Of a stretch of DNA of 64,000 bases, positions 56,901 to 64,000 are shown in pieces (the stretch's first letter is position 1; each line of letters starts with the position of its first letter). A program made the translations under genes and the position numbers. The DNA is from Histomonas meleagridis 2922-C6/04-290x. Its lineage: Eukaryota > Protista > Parabasalia. Where the stretch lies: positions 1 to 64,000 of the forward strand of contig JAANOX010000146.1 in the NCBI GenBank assembly GCA_020184695.1, given 5' to 3'. The notes below the pieces were generated by a model that saw only the letters and a program-made list of their open reading frames with translations, was not told the origin of the DNA and did not search any database.

Positions 56901-59491
56901 CACAAACATCAAATCGCACATTTACTTTCTCTCAACGTACTGAAACATTAACAAACACATTTTCTAATTCCTTAACAAATACGTATTCACAAACATCAAA
57001 TCGCACATTTACTTTCTCTCAACAAAGTAAAACATTAACAAATACACATCCGTATACGAATATAATAACATATACACTTTCTAAAACAGTAACAAATTCA
57101 TATACACGATCATTAATAAGTGTTTCTTCACCAACATTAATGAGAACATATACTAATTTAACATCATATACATATTCTCGATTCTTGTCGAGTACAATAA
57201 TATATAGTAAATTAACATATTCATTTTCTATATCATTAACTAATACAATTATAAATTCATATACTAAATCACCAATATATACATATTATAATTCAACGAT
57301 AATTAATTCATATTCTAATTCATTAACGCATTCATTATCTCGAACATTAATAACTACATTAACAAGATCATATACAAGATCAATATATTTTACATTTAAT
57401 ACAACATATACAATAACAAGAAAACCGACAATAACTAATTTTTATTCATTAACATATTCGAAAACATTAAATTATTCAAGAACACAATCATACACTTATA
57501 CATTAATACCTTCATATACTCAATCATTAATATATACATATTCACCACAAACATCAAATCGCACATTTACTTTATCTCAACAAACTGAAACCATAACAAA
57601 CACATTTTCTAATTCATTAACAAGTTCATATTCGCCGCAAACATCAAATCGCACATTTACTTTATCTCAACAAAGTAAAACATTAACAAATACATTTTCT
57701 AATTCATTAACAAATTCATATTCGCCACAAACATCAAATCGCACATTTACTTTATCTCAACAAACTGAAACCATAACAAACACATTTTCTAATTCCTTAA
57801 CAAATACGTATTCACAAACAACACGAGTTCCATCTCCATCTCCAACACCTACGCCAATTATAGAAGTTATATATATTATATTTGTACCACCTGAGTTAAT
57901 GCAACCAAACAATGAAACTCATTTTTATATTTCTTCTTTCAAAGATTTTTCATTAGTTAATATTCCATCAACAGTTAAAATAATTTATGTTTTATTACGA
58001 AAGCCAATGACGGCACTTGATTATCTTATTCTTGATGGCCTTAAGCATGTTGTAGATTTAATATATTCTTCAATTGGTTCAACAATATTTGATTGTTTTG
58101 CACATGTTAATTCATTAATTTCTTCCAACAAACATATTAAAAACCTCAAATTCGAAAATGTACGTGTTAATTTATTAGGTTATGAATCATTAAAGACAAC
58201 ACAACTTATGAATGTTGATACATTATCATTTATTGGTTCAAAGATAGCAAATTATGATCAATTCAAACATATTAATATCAACAAAATTCCAAATGTTGAA
58301 TATTCTGATTATAATATGTTATCACGTTTCGGAAGTCTTTATAATGAAATTGTTAAAAATGTTACATTCACTGAAGAAATCACTGAAATTATTATCGAGA
58401 AAAGTATTACATTTAAATCGAATTCATATAATGAAAGTGAAACATTATCAAATGATCATGAAGAAGTACATATTAAATCAGAAACATCATTCACATTAGG
58501 AATTGAAGATACCACTGGTATTACAACTAAAGTAATTCTCGAATTAACTAAACCAGAACAAACAATTACATTACCAACAAATGAATTTTCAAGTGGTTTC
58601 TCATTAGGAATTGTTATAAATGAAAATGGCGCAGGTTTAAACTTACCAAATTCAAATGTAATACCAATTGATGTATCAGGTAATGGAGAACTTAATGTTA
58701 AACCTAAAGATAAATCAAATGAAATATCATTTACTAAATCATTTGATGTTTTAGGCGATATGAAAGTTAATGTACCAGAAACAGTGAAAAATATTTATGT
58801 TAAATTATTAAATATGTTTGGAAAGTCATCACTTTCAGCAAAGAAATCAAAACTTTTATCTGAAGAAGAAGAAGAAGAAACACAAAAAATAGTTATCGAA
58901 GAATTAAATATTAATAATGAATCAATGACAACAATTAATGATGCAATTGTTAATATAATGAAAATAAATTCAAATGCAAATGTTATCTTTGAAGGTGATA
59001 CGATGTTTATTGGTAATATTTTAATTAAATATAATGATGACGAACAAAATCAAAACAATGCAATTATAAAATTAAATGGAGAAAAATTCGAATTTAATTC
59101 AACTGAATTCATCTTAAGGCCAAATAGTGAAAATAAATTAGAAGAATTCGTTGTTATCGAAGGTAATGCAAATGTATTTACATTAGATAAATGCAAAGAA
59201 ATCGCTGAAATTGTAATTGATGAAGATGATTATTATGAAATGATTTGTAACGCTGAAAAAGGTATTACAAAAATGAAGGCACAAAAGAAGAGCGAAGTTG
59301 AAGAAAAAGGATTGTCTTTGACGCAATCAATAATAGTCATTGTTTGCGTTGTTGTAGTTATTGTTATTGTAATAATTGTTATCGTAATTGTAAAGAAAAA
59401 GACCCACAAGGATAAGGAAGACATGTATGAAGTCGATAACCTTTACTTATCAGACATGTCCGAAGAAGATCGAAATGAAGAAAAATTTTGA
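53921..59491 (+). CDS. Giant BspA-like surface protein: two TpLRR blocks, S/T/Y-rich stalk, beta-rich domain, TM and acidic tail
   Basis: Uninterrupted ORF of ~1856 aa from ATG 53921, with IPNSVTxIGxxAF repeats, TM IIVIVCVVVVIVIVIIVIVIV and a tail with DMYEV (YxxPhi). Confidence 0.88.
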   Translation: MFLGIHIFQIMLIFGSCSSSSMRKTIVKLDGSQNKTYNQNNLIMKSNLQTYSLQNVSYIAENQTLIIYNFISNLLKQYPDAKHIIISGNVTEIPKSFFMRSSIQSVIIGNSVKSIESSAFFYCISLESVDFGESIETICDNSFYKCENLIEVILPNSVTSIEKNAFVYCNKLAHVVLSNNIKTIPVQAFKGCESLIKIDIPNSVTTIEEDAFSSCRSLEIVNFGENIQTIGESVFDFCESLINVTIPNSVNELGEYAFSTCRKLSNIKISENISIINSCTFAHCEELTDIELPNSVVEIGVYSFLHCHKLSNVIFGNNVQIIGDEAFMQCHKLTTITIPKSVRSLGAQLFYNSSLQNIYVSNENKYYSNYNNDGVVYDKNFTKIIYFPNFKDINTYEFPSSVTSIGEYSFSTNRNEHIKLSNSITSIEQNAFSECFLLKDIYLPNSITNIGDLAFSSCYLLNNVTIPNKVKTISSESFKFCSELSSIDLNNVEIIERYAFWATNFVNLILPKSVTKIGESAFYQCYELTSVIVEGNLKSIGEGAFEFCKKLSCFSYLGETIPNFGREAFHNVNLFIVYVSNNYSSTSFGPMSVSKADIEGCETSLPEFNNDTKTIIISKYSEFTQDYKSIAKHAIITGNISTIISKAFYEWILETVEIHDNIKYIEYSAFNSCLNLTTINFSENIETIDQEAFIYCIALESIIFPNSLKNIGDSSFMHCSKLTNITFGNNIKTIGSLAFSQCNSLYEININAESINNSAFDSCSSLTNVILGENVKYLYSYAFGYTPIKNIIIPKSVIYIDYTAFKQCNSLQIINVSKDNSNYSNYENDGVVYKGDNVLFYYPIAKTDKIFQIPNIVNEIYNDAFCYCKYLMYIIISNSVTKIDEGAFDYCYQLNNVIFGSNIKIIESSFENCWNISCIVFHGDDAPEISSRCFNGVNAKVYVSYTYKDTKFGPLSVQQATLTLSECLPPEYSPILTNTYSYSPTLTNTYSYSPQTSNRTFTFSQRTETLTNTFSNSLTNTYSQTSNRTFTFSQQSKTLTNTHPYTNIITYTLSKTVTNSYTRSLISVSSPTLMRTYTNLTSYTYSRFLSSTIIYSKLTYSFSISLTNTIINSYTKSPIYTYYNSTIINSYSNSLTHSLSRTLITTLTRSYTRSIYFTFNTTYTITRKPTITNFYSLTYSKTLNYSRTQSYTYTLIPSYTQSLIYTYSPQTSNRTFTLSQQTETITNTFSNSLTSSYSPQTSNRTFTLSQQSKTLTNTFSNSLTNSYSPQTSNRTFTLSQQTETITNTFSNSLTNTYSQTTRVPSPSPTPTPIIEVIYIIFVPPELMQPNNETHFYISSFKDFSLVNIPSTVKIIYVLLRKPMTALDYLILDGLKHVVDLIYSSIGSTIFDCFAHVNSLISSNKHIKNLKFENVRVNLLGYESLKTTQLMNVDTLSFIGSKIANYDQFKHININKIPNVEYSDYNMLSRFGSLYNEIVKNVTFTEEITEIIIEKSITFKSNSYNESETLSNDHEEVHIKSETSFTLGIEDTTGITTKVILELTKPEQTITLPTNEFSSGFSLGIVINENGAGLNLPNSNVIPIDVSGNGELNVKPKDKSNEISFTKSFDVLGDMKVNVPETVKNIYVKLLNMFGKSSLSAKKSKLLSEEEEEETQKIVIEELNINNESMTTINDAIVNIMKINSNANVIFEGDTMFIGNILIKYNDDEQNQNNAIIKLNGEKFEFNSTEFILRPNSENKLEEFVVIEGNANVFTLDKCKEIAEIVIDEDDYYEMICNAEKGITKMKAQKKSEVEEKGLSLTQSIIVIVCVVVVIVIVIIVIVIVKKKTHKDKEDMYEVDNLYLSDMSEEDRNEEKF
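56898..57815 (+). repeat. Coding minisatellite in the BspA stalk (SPQTSNRTFTLSQQ..TLTNTFSNSLT)
   Basis: Core caaacatcaaatcgcacatttact occurs five times; the last three copies have a 90-nt period (~57542, 57632, 57722). Confidence 0.85.
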
Positions 59492-59835
59492 GTAAAATGC
59501 ATTGAAATTTAATGTTCTGTGTAGCGTATTGAAAATGATTTTAATATACGAAAAATTTCCAAAGGTAAATTTGTTTTTGTAATTTGTTAGAAAAATTGTT
59601 TATTTGATATTGAGATAGAAAATTAATGAAATGTTTTAATTCAAAATCGTTTTGGTACACGACATTATAATATATTTTGAAGGTTTATTTTGTCTTGCAA
59701 CTGAATAAAGATATTTCATGAGAACGTTTTCCTTTGCCCTCAGAAATTTCAAATAGACGATAAAGTAGTTTTCATATAAAAGTGACTTTTTTACACTTAT
59801 GAAAACATCATTTTAACTAAATAAAATAAATAAAT

Positions 59836-60842
59836 ATTTTTAATATTAACATAAATCCTTTTTTTACTAAGAAGTAACTTAACTATTTCTTTATGACCAT
59901 TTAAAGATGCGGATATAAGTGCTGTGTAAAATAATTTAAAAATATTCCAAATGTTATTTTGAGGCATTAAATTATTAAAATAAATATTAAACAAAACAAA
60001 TAAATATTTTTGGTATTAATATCAATATCTCCTCTGTTAAGAAGTTTTTTAGCTATTTCTATAACCTTTTGAAGATGCTAATATTAGTGATAAATTACAT
60101 TATCAAAATAAAATCCAAATATTAGAAAGAAGTATCAAGCATTTAAAATAAATATTATTTTGAACATTAATATCAGTTTTTTTAATTTCGATAAGCAATT
60201 TAAATATTTCAGTATAACCTTTATCTGATGCATACAAAAGTGATATCCAAAATAGTTTAAATAATTTCCAAATATTATTTTGAAATACCAAATTATTAAA
60301 ATAAATATTACTTTTAGAATTAATATCAATTCTTTTTGTTTCAATAAGTAATTTAACTATTTCTATATGATTATTTGTAGATGCTATTATAAGTGCTGTA
60401 TTAAATCTTTGAAACAATTTCCAAATATTATATCGAAATATCAAATTATGAAAATTAATTCGAAATAATACAAATGAATACCTTTAAAATTAATATCAAT
60501 TCCTTTTTGTTCAAGAAGTAATTTAACTATTTCTATATAATTATTTGAAGATACTTTCATAAGTGCTGTATTAAATATTTTAAACAATTTCCAAATATTA
60601 CTTTGGAATATCATATTAAAATAAACTATAACTAAAATATATAAATATTTTTTGCATTAATATCAGTTCCTTCTCGTGCAAGAAGTAATTCAACCATTTC
60701 AATACAATTATTTGAAGTTGCAAACATAAGCGCAGTTTCATGATAAATAAGTGTCTTCGGCATTAATGTTAATACTTTTTTGTATAAGAAGTAATTCAAC
60801 CATTTCCGTGGTACAATATTTAAATGTAATAATGTGTGATGT
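59836..60842 (-). pseudogene. Ankyrin-repeat locus 'C' with the same 17-nt-insert architecture, decaying
   Basis: Seven modules; linkers of 16, 77, 80, 63, 63 and 80 nt (RDGN, NGGW, NDGN and NNGY decoded for the last four). There is a 2-nt deletion in the module at ~60060 and no N-terminal domain. Confidence 0.75.
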
Positions 60843-60941
60843 TTGAAATATTTTAGTACGTGAAGGAAATAAACGTAATGCTCATGCAACAAATTATAAT
60901 TAGTAAATACAAAGTTTAATCACTTATAAACATATGAAATG

Positions 60942-62059
<1,118 letters not shown>

Positions 62060-62079
62060 TTAATTTTCATCTTAAATAA

Positions 62080-62365
62080 TAATTTAGTATTATTGCTATG
62101 CATCTTGAAAATTTTTTATCAAGTAAGTCAGCAATTTTACAACGAATATCCAAAAAATAGCATGAAACTGTAAAATAAATACAAACTTTTAACATTATCT
62201 TTGTTCAATAAGAAATTTCCATTGTAACCTGTAAGAATAATTGCAATTTCAAAAAACAAACAAAAACGCCAACAAATTATCGATAATGAATCCAACTCAT
62301 ATTACCATCTACATCTACTCCATTTTGATTAAGCAGCAAGTATAAATATTTGATTTCCATGTCAA
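62080..62365 (-). pseudogene. Degenerate ankyrin modules upstream of the microsatellite (probable 5' part of locus C)
   Basis: MEIKYLYLLLNQNGVDVDGN, then a 53-nt spacer with GGC at -23..-21, then IAIILTGYNG...FLL. Confidence 0.4.
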
Positions 62366-62428
62366 CAAATCGCATAACGCGTGACACATTTCACAAACTA
62401 TTTAAATTATTTTTTTACTCAAATAAAT

Positions 62429-64000
62429 TTATTCGTTTTTAGCAGTTATTTCCAAGCATTTCTCTGGTGACCTCAGGGTCTCTATCAGTTGGTTTGTCAT
62501 CATTTCCTCGTTCTCCAACTTCTTTGCGCTTCTGAATGCCATAATTGACACAACCATTCTATACAGCATCTGCGGCTTATCCATTCTTTGTATCCACAAA
62601 TCGTCCAAGTTACCCAATGTGTAACTTCTTATGATAATACCTACTGCGAGAATGAATATTATGTATATCAAAATCAACATTGTCGTTGACGAAGTTAAAG
62701 CCCCTAATATACTTCCAGTTACAGGTTGTGACCAAAGTATCATTCTGAAGCTATTTTCAGTGTTTAAGAAGTTTAATGGACTTTGAACATCCTCATTAAA
62801 ACTCATTAACCAATTATTACCATTAAATGTTATATTAATATTTTGATTTAAATCATTAGCTACATACATATCAGATGATGAAGGAATGAACATTACAGTC
62901 GGCAAACTAATACGTAATGAATTATCATCATTATAACTTCCATATAATAATAATATTAAGCGAACTTTTTCTTCATAAGTTAAAACATTTTGATAATTTT
63001 GGAAAATAACATTAGTTACTGATGATACTGAAGCAGGTTGTTCGAAATAAAACGAAAGTTTATAATATGGTAATGCTTCAATATTTTCATCATTTAATAA
63101 GTTTGAAATCGTTGTTAATAATTCGGTGTTATCTGGGAACCAATTTGTATAAGAAATGATTTGGAAATCAATTAATGATATTGATGATTGACTTGAATAT
63201 ATTAATGAACTTATAGAACTAATATGTGAATCTGCTATTTGTTGATGTTCATCACTTGTAATTTCATTAATAGTTCCATAACTTGTAAAGAATGGAGGTA
63301 AATAATTTATACCAATTTCTAATTTGGCACTAATTGGTGGATTAGAAATTGTCGAATTAGAATCAGTAGTCATGAAGAATAATGCAATGAAAATGACAAT
63401 TAATATTAATAATAATAAAATTATTGATATTAAATAACGATTTGATTCTTTTTGTTTCTTTTCTTCATGTTTAGGATCAGATTGTTGTGCTATTAATACT
63501 TCAAGTTGTTGACTAATATCTCGAACAATGAAAAAGTCTAAAAGATTTACATATGTCTTTTGTGACATCCATATTAATATTGTTTGAAGTTCAAAGATGA
63601 ATGGACATACACGTGTGAATTTGTTCATGATGATAATACTTCTCCAATCTTTAACAAAGTTTGGATATTTAAATGATTTTATAGTTTTACCAGTATAACA
63701 TTTATTAGCTATTATCATATGTGTAAAGAATCGTAAAAAGAAATAAAATTGTAATGATGAAAATGTTAATCGATTACATGTTGGAATATAGAAATAAGTC
63801 ATACAAAATGTATATATATACCATATTAAATTACTAAAATACATTAAGAAATAATGATTAGTTGATGAACAATAATAAATAAATACTGAAAATAATACTT
63901 GAATTAATAATACTAATACACAAATCGCATCAATTTCAACAATTCCACCAGAATTTAATACATTTGAACTTGTAGATTGTTGACTCCAAGTTGACCATGC
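62429..64000 (-). CDS. PIEZO: Piezo-family mechanosensitive ion channel, C-terminal part (5'-truncated by the window edge)
   Basis: PF(X2)E(X6)W motif (PFIFELQTILIW), outer helix, cap domain, inner helix, and C-terminal FRSAKKLENEE...LIETLRSPE..LEIT. The frame is open to base 64000. Confidence 0.85.
   Translation of the reverse strand, partial: AWSTWSQQSTSSNVLNSGGIVEIDAICVLVLLIQVLFSVFIYYCSSTNHYFLMYFSNLIWYIYTFCMTYFYIPTCNRLTFSSLQFYFFLRFFTHMIIANKCYTGKTIKSFKYPNFVKDWRSIIIMNKFTRVCPFIFELQTILIWMSQKTYVNLLDFFIVRDISQQLEVLIAQQSDPKHEEKKQKESNRYLISIILLLLILIVIFIALFFMTTDSNSTISNPPISAKLEIGINYLPPFFTSYGTINEITSDEHQQIADSHISSISSLIYSSQSSISLIDFQIISYTNWFPDNTELLTTISNLLNDENIEALPYYKLSFYFEQPASVSSVTNVIFQNYQNVLTYEEKVRLILLLYGSYNDDNSLRISLPTVMFIPSSSDMYVANDLNQNINITFNGNNWLMSFNEDVQSPLNFLNTENSFRMILWSQPVTGSILGALTSSTTMLILIYIIFILAVGIIIRSYTLGNLDDLWIQRMDKPQMLYRMVVSIMAFRSAKKLENEEMMTNQLIETLRSPEKCLEITAKNE

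Noticed and set aside
947-59424. Numerous short antisense or alternate-frame ORFs in the track (e.g. 951-1376, 11609-11842, 35428-35787, 58254-58499)
   Set aside because: Shadow ORFs overlapping well-supported genes, with no motifs of their own.
29939-60842. Stop-codon reassignment (TAA/TAG as sense) to explain broken ORFs
   Set aside because: Conserved genes end in TAA/TGA/TAG and have no internal stops, and 80-nt linkers shift frame, which readthrough cannot fix.

Overview
Very AT-rich, intron-poor eukaryotic DNA, almost certainly from a parabasalid (trichomonad-like) protist. This is inferred from the BspA-like LRR surface proteins, DUF3447-type ankyrin genes, a 7TM-RGS protein and a Pmp-like protein. 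Recognisable conserved genes are a Prp16-type DEAH helicase, Nar1, a DHHC-like palmitoyltransferase, a 7TM-RGS, a Mn-CDF transporter, a divergent Rab, an SLC12/CCC transporter and the 3' part of a Piezo channel. These sit among coiled-coil genes, duplicated or decayed BspA copies, MULE/MITE debris and a 1.1-kb (AAT)n array. The main result concerns three ankyrin-repeat loci (29939-32952 +, 37953-41813 +, 59836-60842 -). They look like shredded pseudogenes in the ORF track but decode cleanly by hand. Each ~30-codon ankyrin module is stop-free. The D-x-x-G-x-T beta-hairpin linker between modules is written as single codons, each preceded by a 17-nt AT-rich insert with no GT-AG ends, giving a 20-nt period and usually 4 units (80 nt). 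Removing the inserts gives uninterrupted ORFs of 754 aa and 923 aa with textbook linkers (KDKDGLTAL, KDNDGFTAL, KNNNGYTAL). This implies an unexplained mechanism that skips or excises 17-nt inserts between 3-nt micro-exons. I know of no description of such a system; no database searches were possible.
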